A stretch of 64,000 nucleotides of DNA from a bacterium. Lineage in GTDB: Bacteria; Hinthialibacterota; Hinthialibacteria; Hinthialibacterales; Hinthialibacteraceae. This document shows, one piece after another, positions 46,592 to 55,334 of the stretch; position 1 is the stretch's first letter, and each line of letters opens with the position of its first letter. Under the pieces are notes generated by a model. That model did not search any database and was not told the DNA's origin. It was given only the letters and a program-made list of their open reading frames with translations. A program made the translations under genes and the position numbers. Location: the NCBI GenBank assembly GCA_963662285.2, contig CAXXMV010000008.1, forward strand, positions 1,578,992-1,642,991. Reading direction: 5' to 3'.

Positions 46592-48109
46592 TTAATACAA
46601 CATATAATCCCGGATGGCTGTCACCACTGGATCGGATGTTACAATGTAAACGGCGGTGGGATTATCATCACTCTCGCTGGCCAGAATCAGAATTTCTTCA
46701 TCGCCGTCTTGATTCAAATCACCTAGCACATCTATTGAAGCAGCGAACATGTTTCCACTCTGACGTCCATAAAAGATGGGTGAGGCTATCTGGGTGATAT
46801 CATCCACAACGGCTGGAATATTAATCTGATCATTGGCGAGCAAATGCAGCGCTCCGGTTGCCGCTCCATCATTGAACGGCGCAATGGCGAATGGCGCTCC
46901 AAGCAATAATCCATGCCTGGAACATGCCATGGTCTGACCTAATTCGCTATTATCGAAAGCTGAAGTTATCAGGGTGGTCAGTTCCAGGTTATCGGGCGTG
47001 ATCTCTATTTGTTTGGAACCGCCTTCCGGCATTGAGATAACCGCCACGGTTCCGGTAGCCGATCTAACCGATGGAAGCGATCCCCGTGGAAAACCGCAGA
47101 TTAACTCTGCAAATCCATCGCCATTAACATCGCAACCAACCATTGAACTTATTTTATGCATACTGGCGTTATCAAACAAACGCAGCGTCAGGTCAATTGT
47201 TTCACTGGACATTTGATCCGCTAGCTGGATGCCGGGCATAAATGCGGCGCCGGGAATTATAGAGATCGAAACGCTGGCCGGATCAGTGTCAATCCGGGTT
47301 ATCAGAGCAATATCGTCCACTCCATTTTTGGTGAAATCTCCAATCGATTCAAATGCTGTTGCATATCCGGCGAAAGTATTAGTCTGTTCAGGATTGATGT
47401 TGTTAAATATTGTCGCTGAATACGCCATATCAAGATTAAGAGTGCTGATAATGCGTTCCGGGTATTCGATCCTTCCAAAGATAACATAAGCTGCGCCTAA
47501 TAAAAGATTATCTTCCAGGTCTAAACGCGCAAAGAGCGGGCTGGGGATAAGTATATCGGCTGATGCATCTGAGTTGATGTAGCCGCCATTACCTAAATAA
47601 GCGCCCAGGTTTTCTCCCGGAGTTCCTTCGATAATCAATAAAAACTGGCTTTCGAGACTTGTGGATACTGATTGGATGCCGAAACCGCCTTTTAAGACAT
47701 ATATCCGGCCTCCACTGCCATCGAATGGCGCTCCAATCACCAGATCGGCCTTGCCATCACGGTTAATGTCTCCCGGAGCGGCGATGGACGTCCCGAAGCC
47801 CGATCCATGATTGCCTTGAATGACAAAACCGTATGGTAATGTTGAAGATAGATTTACTACCTTGGGGTAGGTGCGTTTTCCGTAAATAACATAAACTTTA
47901 TCGGCGACCGGAGCGGTAATGGCGAAATCAGGCAGTCCGTCTCCGTTGATATCTCCAATGGTTTTCACTTCGCTGCCCAGCGCGCCATTTATCGAATCGC
48001 CGGTAATGCGTATGGTTCCTTCTGGAAGATTATTCATATCCACCAGCTGGGCGGATGCAAATGTGCAGCCAATTCCTGTCAATAAAAGCAGTTGCAAAAA
48101 TCTTTTCAT
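46592..48109 (-). CDS. Secreted FG-GAP / integrin-alpha beta-propeller protein
   Basis: Repeats GDINGDGLPDFAITAP, GDINRDGKADLVIGAP, DVNGDGFAELICGFP, GDLNQDGDEEILI; start at MKRFLQLLL signal peptide; tail IRDYMLY. Confidence 0.85.
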   Translation of the reverse strand: MKRFLQLLLLTGIGCTFASAQLVDMNNLPEGTIRITGDSINGALGSEVKTIGDINGDGLPDFAITAPVADKVYVIYGKRTYPKVVNLSSTLPYGFVIQGNHGSGFGTSIAAPGDINRDGKADLVIGAPFDGSGGRIYVLKGGFGIQSVSTSLESQFLLIIEGTPGENLGAYLGNGGYINSDASADILIPSPLFARLDLEDNLLLGAAYVIFGRIEYPERIISTLNLDMAYSATIFNNINPEQTNTFAGYATAFESIGDFTKNGVDDIALITRIDTDPASVSISIIPGAAFMPGIQLADQMSSETIDLTLRLFDNASMHKISSMVGCDVNGDGFAELICGFPRGSLPSVRSATGTVAVISMPEGGSKQIEITPDNLELTTLITSAFDNSELGQTMACSRHGLLLGAPFAIAPFNDGAATGALHLLANDQINIPAVVDDITQIASPIFYGRQSGNMFAASIDVLGDLNQDGDEEILILASESDDNPTAVYIVTSDPVVTAIRDYMLY

Positions 48110-48226
48110 TACTGTTTCCTTTCGAGCCTGCAATAAAACGGTATCATAATAGTTAGAAGATGTCCTATAAGTATTTATAATCGTACAAAACAGCCGCAAT
48201 CGGTAATTCTACCTATTTTTAGGAAA

Positions 48227-48934
48227 ATGATGCAGTACCTTGAAAACAAAACCATATTAATCGCATCCGGGCCGACTTTCGCCCCCATAGATGCGGTGCG
48301 TTCTTTGACCAATCGTTCCACCGGGCGTTTGGGCAGCGTCATCGCTTATACCTTGATGAAACGCGGCGCCAAGGTCCGATTTCTTGCAGGAGAAACCAGC
48401 CTGACCCCCGCCTTGCTCTATCCCGGAGAGAATATGTCCCGTATTGAGCAAGAGAGCTTCACCACCGTTCCACAATTAAAAGAGTGCATTCAGCGCAATT
48501 TATCCCGGTATCCAATCGATGCGGTATTGATGGCGGCGGCGGTTTTGGATTATATCCCGGTCGATGTGCAACAAGGTAAGCAACGGTCTGATCGGGATGA
48601 ATGGACTATCCGTCTGCAACGCGGCGAGAAAATCATCGAAAGCATCCGCCAATGGTCGCCCGGCGTTTTTCTGGTGGGATTCAAACTGGAAGCGCAAATC
48701 TCTTTGGATGATCTGACCGGGCGGGCGGCTGATCTGATGCAGCGCTCCAAAGCCGGATTGGTGGTAGCCAACCGGGTGGAAGATATCGGGGGCGAACAGC
48801 ACGTCGCTTATCTTATCGACCAAGATCAAGCAAGTGGAAATTACCGCGCTTCATCACCATTATTGACCCGTGAAGCCATTGCTGAGGGATTGGCTGATAA
48901 ATTAGAGCATTATTTCGCATCTCAACCAAAATAA
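48227..48934 (+). CDS. coaB: Phosphopantothenate-cysteine ligase (stand-alone CoaB)
   Basis: SGPTFAPIDAVRSLTNRSTGRLG, MAAAVLDY, LVGFKLE, VVAN. Confidence 0.85.
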   Translation: MMQYLENKTILIASGPTFAPIDAVRSLTNRSTGRLGSVIAYTLMKRGAKVRFLAGETSLTPALLYPGENMSRIEQESFTTVPQLKECIQRNLSRYPIDAVLMAAAVLDYIPVDVQQGKQRSDRDEWTIRLQRGEKIIESIRQWSPGVFLVGFKLEAQISLDDLTGRAADLMQRSKAGLVVANRVEDIGGEQHVAYLIDQDQASGNYRASSPLLTREAIAEGLADKLEHYFASQPK

Positions 48935-48949
48935 TTGCGGAGGAAAATC

Positions 48950-49498
48950 ATGGCGCTGAAAGATAAAAAGATACTGCTTGGAGTAACCGGAGGCATCGCA
49001 GCCTATAAAGCAGCCTACCTGATCCGCTTGCTTAAAAAAGAACAGGCCGATGTCCACGTAATCATGACGAAAAGCGCACAAAATTTCATCACTCCCCTGA
49101 CTCTGGGAATCCTCTCTGAAAATCCCGTGGCGACCGAAATGTTCGACGCTGCCTCACGCAATGAAGTGCGTCATATATCATGGGCGGATTGGGCTGAATT
49201 GGCGCTGATTGCTCCAGCCACCGCCAATATCATCGGTAAATCGGCTAATGGAATCGCTGACGATATGCTATCCAGCATCATCCTGGCTCTGCAATGCCCG
49301 GTAGTTTTCGCGCCAGCCATGCATCATCAGATGTGGACGCATCCAGCCGTCCAGCGCAACATCGAAACGCTCAAAGGCTTCGGTTATAAAATCATTGAAC
49401 CGGACGCGGGAGAACTCGCTTCAGGAGACATTGGCGTAGGCCGCATGCAGGAACCGGAAACTATCGTTGAATTTATCAAGCAATTATATAGCAGTTAG
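48950..49498 (+). CDS. coaC: Phosphopantothenoylcysteine decarboxylase (stand-alone CoaC)
   Basis: LGVTGGIAAYK, APATANIIGK..NGIADD, APAMH..M, GELASGDIGVGRM; GGAGG RBS. Confidence 0.9.
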   Translation: MALKDKKILLGVTGGIAAYKAAYLIRLLKKEQADVHVIMTKSAQNFITPLTLGILSENPVATEMFDAASRNEVRHISWADWAELALIAPATANIIGKSANGIADDMLSSIILALQCPVVFAPAMHHQMWTHPAVQRNIETLKGFGYKIIEPDAGELASGDIGVGRMQEPETIVEFIKQLYSS

Positions 49499-49648
49499 CG
49501 AGTAGTTATTAATCCAAATCATCTCTCTTGCCGATGAACTTCGGCGGGAGGCAAGAAAAAGGCTAAGCCAGTTATATTCCATGCAACTTGACCCCGCATT
49601 ATCCTTCACATATACTTGAGTAATCAAATACATGTGAAGGATAATAAC

Positions 49649-50080
49649 ATGCACCAACTCACGCTCCAAGCAAGATTTTGTATGAATTACACAGCAGTTC
49701 ACACAAAAATATCAAAAATGATAGATATTCAATTAAGCCTCCATGGAATCAGTTTTACAGAATTCATGATCCTTTTTCATTTAGATCAAGCCATAGAAAA
49801 AAAAATGAGGCGGATTGATTTAGCTGAAAAAATTGGACTCTCAGCATCCGGCATCACTCGATTGGTGGCGCCCATGGAAAAAATCGGGCTGGTTCATAAA
49901 GAAAGTAATAAACGTGATGCAAGGGTGAGTTTAGTCAAACTATCCTCTGCCGGAAAAAGAATTATTCAAGAATCAACTGTCAGTTTTAATACAACTGCAC
50001 AGGATATTCTTGCCGATTTAGAAGAAAGCAGCATCAGTGATATGTTAAATTCACTCAAGATTCTTGGTGGGAATATTTAA
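49649..50080 (+). CDS. MarR-family transcriptional regulator
   Basis: MRRIDLAEKIGLSASGITRLV...RDARVSLVKLS..GK. Confidence 0.88.
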   Translation: MHQLTLQARFCMNYTAVHTKISKMIDIQLSLHGISFTEFMILFHLDQAIEKKMRRIDLAEKIGLSASGITRLVAPMEKIGLVHKESNKRDARVSLVKLSSAGKRIIQESTVSFNTTAQDILADLEESSISDMLNSLKILGGNI

Positions 50081-50100
50081 TAGCGCATAGGGTGGATGGA

Positions 50101-50454
50101 TCAATTTTTAACGAGTTGGCTCTGGCGTGGGTGTATGCAACAGGAAATTTCCGCATGTTCTTTTTGTTTAGGATGAACCGAAATCTCCACATCCTGGTCG
50201 AGAGCGGTTAGGAATTCCATCAAGCGGCCTAGCGAAAAGTTGCCTGAACGGTTTCTCATCAGGGCGGAAACGTGAGGCTGTTTAATTCCAAGAACCTTGC
50301 CTGCTTCAATTTGCGTAAGGCTGCGTTCTTTTATGATGTTATGAATTTGCAGCGTCAAATTTGCTTTAATCAACTCCTGCTCTGGATTAGCAAAACCCAA
50401 GTCAGCAAAGATATTACCGTTGCTTTCTTCAATTTGTACTGCTTCTTTCGTCAT
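50101..50454 (-). CDS. HigA-like XRE antitoxin (HTH_37)
   Basis: SNGNIFADLG, LTQIEAGKVLGIKQPHVSALM..FSLGRLMEFLTALDQDVEI. Confidence 0.88.
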   Translation of the reverse strand: MTKEAVQIEESNGNIFADLGFANPEQELIKANLTLQIHNIIKERSLTQIEAGKVLGIKQPHVSALMRNRSGNFSLGRLMEFLTALDQDVEISVHPKQKEHAEISCCIHPRQSQLVKN

Positions 50455-50653
50455 TTCAATTCTGCCTTCTTTTTGTAGTCTTCTTTGGCTTCGGACTTTT
50501 CTTCATTAAAGGGACTCGGCCTACTGAACATTTCTTTTACTGCCGGGAGGATTTTCGGTGGAGCGTCTAAGGCATCACAAAACTCTTCCCATTTTTCTGG
50601 TGATAAGACAAACTTGGTTTGTCGATTTCCTTGGAATTATCCATATTAGACAT
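50451..50653 (-). pseudogene. Frameshifted DUF1778 (TacA-like) antitoxin fragment
   Basis: MSNMDNSKEID then, after a 1-nt shift, QTKFVLSPEKWEEFCDALDAPPKILPAVKEMFSRPSPF...EAKEDYKKKAELK*. Confidence 0.55.
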
Positions 50654-50795
50654 GATGTTACATCCTCTGATTCATTTTTCTTTATTAGTATACCAAGATA
50701 TGATCCCATTGAGCTATCTGTAATCGCTTGCTCACCAGATCGATGCCTTCTCAATAAACAGTTTATAATATAAGTCCAAGAAATTCAAAAATTTC

Positions 50796-51650
50796 TTGAC
50801 TGTTAAGAAAATACTTTATAAACTTTGGAAATCAGTGGATGATTTATTCGGATACAAAGAGTTGATAACGGGTGGGGATATGACAGATATATTCAATAGT
50901 TGGAGAAAAAGGATAGAGGGTGATGGCCCAATTGAAAAACATATATTACTTTTAAAATTGAAAGATATTTTAGAAAACTCACCTGATTTTGGTGTAAGAT
51001 CAAATTTCGATTCTTCTTCACCTCAAAGGCAATGGTTATCACAAGTTAAGGCTCTTTTATCTCGTTTAGGATTCGAAAACAAAATGAAATTTGAATCATC
51101 TTTTAATTCTCTTCCACATTCATGGAAATATGCGATTATTCGAATACAAGGGCAAGTCTTAGATGCTATTGAAGAAATTAAACTTGATTTGGAGTTAGAT
51201 GATCGTAGCGAAATCGGTAGTGCTTATGCTCCAGGTGATGTCTATAGGTTTTATGCTGATCTCAAAGAAATTATTAATTCTGCTAAAAGCCAGATCATGA
51301 TAGTTGACCCATATTTCGATGGGGTTGCTTTTAAAGATTATCTTTCAACTATCAATTGTGATATTAATATTCAAATTCTTGCTAATAGATATTCAAAGGA
51401 TATTAATTCTTATGTAAGCAAGCATCAGGATCAATATAGTACAGACATATATATTAGAAAAAGCAAAGAACTACATGATCGTATTATATTTATTGATGAT
51501 GATATTGCATGGATAATTGGCGGCTCAATCAAAGATGCAGGTAAAAAAGCCACATACCTTATCCCTTTGCAGCCATCATTATCTGTTAAGAAAAAAGAAA
51601 TATATGCTGAAATTTGGCAGAGAGCACAACCTGTTGAAGCAGATGCCTAA
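50796..51650 (+). CDS. Protein with C-terminal PLD-like nuclease domain
   Basis: IMIVDPY and LHDRIIFIDD..WIIGGSIKDAG (HDR-type PLD variant); true start probably later than 50796. Confidence 0.65.
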   Translation: MTVKKILYKLWKSVDDLFGYKELITGGDMTDIFNSWRKRIEGDGPIEKHILLLKLKDILENSPDFGVRSNFDSSSPQRQWLSQVKALLSRLGFENKMKFESSFNSLPHSWKYAIIRIQGQVLDAIEEIKLDLELDDRSEIGSAYAPGDVYRFYADLKEIINSAKSQIMIVDPYFDGVAFKDYLSTINCDINIQILANRYSKDINSYVSKHQDQYSTDIYIRKSKELHDRIIFIDDDIAWIIGGSIKDAGKKATYLIPLQPSLSVKKKEIYAEIWQRAQPVEADA

Positions 51651-51784
51651 TAAAACAATAATTATGATAAGCGGATCGAGTGCAAGGCGAAGCCAGCCCT
51701 TGAAGAATGCATAAAATAGAAAGTTATAATATCATAGTCTGACCGTTTGTTGGTCTTGCCCTTGATGACCATGCGCCTATTGGA

Positions 51785-52159
51785 GTGAGTAAAGTGGATA
51801 CCTTTAAGCAATTTCTTTTAAAACAAGAAAAAATTGAGAAAATTCTTCTTTACGAGCATGAAATTTATAAAAGTATTCCAGGAACTAAAAAATCCTATAG
51901 ACAAGATTCTGAAAACACCAATACCATGATCCAAAAACATTCACATATCTATGCAAAACCTAAAGGAGGCGGAAAAGAATTGTACGCAGTAAATATTGAT
52001 GGTAGTGGTCATGATGGTTCTAGTGGTATAGAAATCCCTTTTGTACAAGCTGATTATTTGAGATCAATTGGTTACGACATCAACTCCAGCAATATTCTAG
52101 AAAGTATGATTTTAGATAGTCTTAACAAAGAGCAGTTTTCACTCGTTATTTTTGTATAA
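51785..52159 (+). CDS. Hypothetical protein with HxH...NxDGxxHD motif
   Basis: YRQD..KHSHIY..AVNIDGSGHDG; AT-rich. Confidence 0.6.
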   Translation: MSKVDTFKQFLLKQEKIEKILLYEHEIYKSIPGTKKSYRQDSENTNTMIQKHSHIYAKPKGGGKELYAVNIDGSGHDGSSGIEIPFVQADYLRSIGYDINSSNILESMILDSLNKEQFSLVIFV

Positions 52160-52275
52160 TAAGAGAACACTATTACGTCGGGTATTAGGATAAACTGTTG
52201 AGTTGTGAAAGTGTTTTTTCGGAAGTTTAATCCAAGGAAATAATGAAAAGCAGAGATAAATAAAGACGGTGATTT

Positions 52276-52391
52276 TGCCCGAGGCGGGACTCGAACCCGT
52301 ACAGACTTAGTCTACTAGTTTCCTAAATACTCCTTATCATGAAAGAAATATTTAGGAAAACTAGCGTGTCTACCAATTCCACCACTCGGGC
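52276..52391 (-). tRNA. tRNA-Leu-like gene with 33 extra nt forming an extended anticodon hairpin
   Basis: Acceptor GCCCGAG/CTCGGGC+A73, Leu-type D arm GTGGAATTGGTAGACAC, stem CTAGT/ACTAG enclosing 40 nt instead of 7, long variable arm TAGAC/GTCTG, T arm GGGTTCGAGTCCC. Confidence 0.8.
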
Positions 52392-52416
52392 TAATTTTCC
52401 GAATAATATTATATAA

Positions 52417-52435
52417 GGCAATATCCATACCAAAA
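52417..52435 (-). promoter_or_regulatory. Sigma54-like promoter upstream of the tRNA-Leu-like gene
   Basis: Minus strand TTTTGGTATGGATATTGCC (GG-N10-GC); aligns with the motifs at 5616 and 44468. Confidence 0.5.
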
Positions 52436-52639
52436 CATAATGCGCTGATTTTTTGTGGTTTGCGATTCTATTTACTATCACCTAAGGATTTTTTGGCACA
52501 CAAACAAGGAAAGGATTGTGCCAAAATGGATATCATTAAAAGACGTATAAAAAAGTGTGGGTGACAATGCATCCTACGCAACATAGGACAATATTAAGAT
52601 GAGCGTTCTGAATCGCCTTGATACCGAACTCCGCCACAA

Positions 52640-53101
52640 TCAGTATCCCATATTCAAATGTTGCGCTTGTTCAGCCAGTTGATCGAGGGCTTTTCTGCGT
52701 TCCGCCTGGTTTTGTTCTTTATATTGCTGCACATCCTTGAACAGAATCCGTCGGTGGGTTCCAACTTTGCGGAAAGGGATTGCTCCTTCATCCAACAGCC
52801 CGACCAGGAAAGGCCGGGATACATTCAGTAACTCCGCCGCCTGTTGGGTCGTAAGTTCCGTCTGCGTGGGGATCATTGTTACTGTGTTGCCCTTCGCCAT
52901 TTCTTTAAGAACATTTACTAAAAGATGTATGGCCGAGGCGGGTAGAATAATATCTTCGCTTGTTGCGCCATCTTCTCTAATCTGGATGGGTAAGTCTTTG
53001 CTTGTTTCCGAAAAGCATGCCAAACGTTGGCTAGATTCCTGAGCCAGACTGGTTTCCGCTTGTGTTGGCGTAATTGATTCAAAGGAACCGGAGTTTTTCA
53101 T
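52640..53101 (-). CDS. Excisionase-family HTH_17 DNA-binding protein (antitoxin type usually paired with a PIN toxin)
   Basis: ELTTQQAAELLNVSRPFLVGLLDEGAIPFRKVGTHRRI...ALDQLAEQAQHLNMGY. Confidence 0.88.
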   Translation of the reverse strand: MKNSGSFESITPTQAETSLAQESSQRLACFSETSKDLPIQIREDGATSEDIILPASAIHLLVNVLKEMAKGNTVTMIPTQTELTTQQAAELLNVSRPFLVGLLDEGAIPFRKVGTHRRILFKDVQQYKEQNQAERRKALDQLAEQAQHLNMGY

Positions 53102-53304
53102 AGCAGCCTCCAGAGTTTTTTTGTCTGTTATTACTACAATATAACTCTAAACGAAATAAACGCAACAAATAAAATAAACGAAAGCAGATTGAATTTCATG
53201 CAGGGGATAATTCTGAGCGCTCACGCTTAAATTTAAATCCCTCGCTTGGCGTTAGGCAAAGCGAAGCATACCCTTGAGGATTTTGCAATATCATAAGTTA
53301 TCGC

Positions 53305-53344
53305 ATCAAGGGCTGACTGCGATGCGGTCTTGCCCTTGGCACCC
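53305..53344. repeat. REP-like palindrome family A
   Basis: ATCAAGGGCTGACTGCGATGCGGTCTTGCCCTTGGCACCC. Confidence 0.8.
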
Positions 53345-53382
53345 ACCCTTGAAGATGACACGTAATATGGAATTTACAACAA

Positions 53383-54291
53383 TTATTCCGAAAAAATCTC
53401 CATCAAAGCCTGTTCCACAGGCGTCAAATGAACCAGCAGAGAACGTTGCAGCAGGGATGAGTCGAGGGATACGTCTTGGGCGCGGGGGCATGATGTTTTT
53501 ATGGTTGACATTTTTACCGGGTTGATCAGGGATTGGTCGTAATTGCGCAGTCGGGCTAGTTTTTGACCGAAGGCTACGCGGGTTATTCTTTCTGGTCCTC
53601 CGATATGGTAGGTTCGGGCGGTGATTTTTTTATTGATCAGGGCTTGGATGGTTTTTGCTACGTCGCCCGCATAGGCCGGGGTGCGGTATTCGTCTGAGAA
53701 GAGGGTCAGTTGGTCGCCGTTTTGAAACGCGTTATCCATCCATTGCAGGAATGATCCTTTTCCGATGGGGTTGCAGGCGCCGTACATCAGCGCAGTGCGC
53801 AGGATTACATGATTGCTCCAGCTGCGGCGCACAATTTGTTCAGCCATCAGTTTGGTTTTGCCGTAATAGTTGACCGGATTGGTTGGCGACTGCTCGTTGT
53901 AGGGTTGATTCTGGCCGTCGAATACCAGGTCGGTGGATATGTACACAAACAGCGTCTTGGGGTTGCATAAGCGGCGCAGCAAACGATCAGTCCCCCGGAC
54001 GTTTACGTCATAGGCTAATTGGGGATGCTTCTCGCATAAACCGGTATTAGCCAGAGCCGCTGCGTGGATAACAACATCCGGTCGTGCATAGCGCAAACAA
54101 TTTTCTATGGTGAAGGGGCGCCGCAGATCCATTTTGATTCCACGGCAGTGTGGGATATCAATGCGGTGGTCTGAGTAGGTATAAAAAACCTTATGCTGAT
54201 GACGTAAGACTGACGCCAGGTTCCATCCTAAGAATCCGCTGGCGCCGGTAATTAATATGCGTTTTGGTTTATTTTTCAGTGTGTTTATCAT
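53383..54291 (-). CDS. RmlD-like extended SDR (dTDP-4-dehydrorhamnose reductase family)
   Basis: ITGASGFLG, YISTDLVFDG, YYGKTK, DEYRTP. Confidence 0.85.
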   Translation of the reverse strand: MINTLKNKPKRILITGASGFLGWNLASVLRHQHKVFYTYSDHRIDIPHCRGIKMDLRRPFTIENCLRYARPDVVIHAAALANTGLCEKHPQLAYDVNVRGTDRLLRRLCNPKTLFVYISTDLVFDGQNQPYNEQSPTNPVNYYGKTKLMAEQIVRRSWSNHVILRTALMYGACNPIGKGSFLQWMDNAFQNGDQLTLFSDEYRTPAYAGDVAKTIQALINKKITARTYHIGGPERITRVAFGQKLARLRNYDQSLINPVKMSTIKTSCPRAQDVSLDSSLLQRSLLVHLTPVEQALMEIFSE

Positions 54292-54313
54292 TTTAGTGGA
54301 TATTTCACTTAAA

Positions 54314-55123
54314 TCACTTAATACGTAATTCTTTATTTTCCAATGCCTTGGCATCATCCCACAGTTTATCCATCTCTTCCAGGGATGCTTCTTTGAGAGT
54401 TTTATCGGTTTTGGCTATCTCTTTCTCTATGTGCAGGAATCTGCGTTTGAATTTTTCATTGGCTTTATTGAGCGCTTGTTCAGGATCAACGTCGACATAG
54501 CGGGCGACGTTGACTATGGCGAATAACATATCGCCCAGTTCCTCTTCTATTTTCAGGCGGTGTTGTCCGGTATAGGCTTCGCGGAATTCTTCCCATTCCT
54601 CTTCGAATTTGTCGAAAACTTCCTCGATCATCTCCCAGTCAAAGCCGACCCGCGAGGCCCGGTCTTGAATTTGGTGGGCCTGCATCAATGAAGGCAGCGA
54701 TTTGGGGATGCCTTCAAGAATGGATTCCCGCTCCGGCTTCTCTTTTTGCTTGTCTTCTTCCCAATTGCGCAGCACTTCTTCGGCGGAATGGGTTTCCCGG
54801 TCGCCGAAAACATGAGGGTGGCGATGAACCAGTTTCTCGCAGAGGACATCGAGCACCTGTTCAATAGAGAAGCGTTCCTCTTCTTCGGCGATACGGGCGT
54901 GGAAAATCACCTGCAGCAGCACGTCGCCGCATTCTTCCACCATGGCTTTGTCATCGGCGGCGTCGATACTGTCCAGAAATTCGTAGGCTTCTTCAATTAG
55001 ATACTTTTTGAGTGAAACATGAGTCTGTTCTTTATCCCAGGGGCAGCCGTCATCAGCCCGCAAACGGGACATGATTTCGACTAGTTCCAGGAATTTTTCA
55101 GAAATTGGATTGCTTTGACACAT
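54314..55123 (-). CDS. mazG: Nucleoside triphosphate pyrophosphohydrolase MazG
   Basis: GCPWDKEQT, EECGDVLLQV, RHPHVFG, GFDW, EEELGD. Confidence 0.95.
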   Translation of the reverse strand: MCQSNPISEKFLELVEIMSRLRADDGCPWDKEQTHVSLKKYLIEEAYEFLDSIDAADDKAMVEECGDVLLQVIFHARIAEEEERFSIEQVLDVLCEKLVHRHPHVFGDRETHSAEEVLRNWEEDKQKEKPERESILEGIPKSLPSLMQAHQIQDRASRVGFDWEMIEEVFDKFEEEWEEFREAYTGQHRLKIEEELGDMLFAIVNVARYVDVDPEQALNKANEKFKRRFLHIEKEIAKTDKTLKEASLEEMDKLWDDAKALENKELRIK

Positions 55124-55334
55124 ACAAGAACTCCTTAATATTGAAACACTAACTATTGGAAATGATTTATTAAAAGTTAAAAATGCTGTATAACATCCGA
55201 TAATACTATTACAGTTTCACTCCGTTTTGCTTTTGATGGAAGGAAGATAGATTATGAGAATATTGATATTTGCGCTATAATATCATAAATATTTGAATGA
55301 TTTCTACATAGCAAATAAAAGGACTCCTGTTTCC

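Noticed and set aside
50558-50773. 71-aa plus-strand ORF
   Set aside because: Antisense to the DUF1778-like fragment; no coding features.
51640-51770. Possible integron attC site after the PLD-like gene (GCCTAAT...GTTGGTC)
   Set aside because: Lacks the RYYYAAC box and convincing L-box pairing; no integrase or second site; partly a degenerate family A repeat.
52310-52365. Group I intron, or Sec/Met anticodon (TCA/CAT), in the tRNA insert
   Set aside because: 33 nt is too short for a ribozyme, and neither triplet is centred in a 7-nt loop with U33 on a paired stem.
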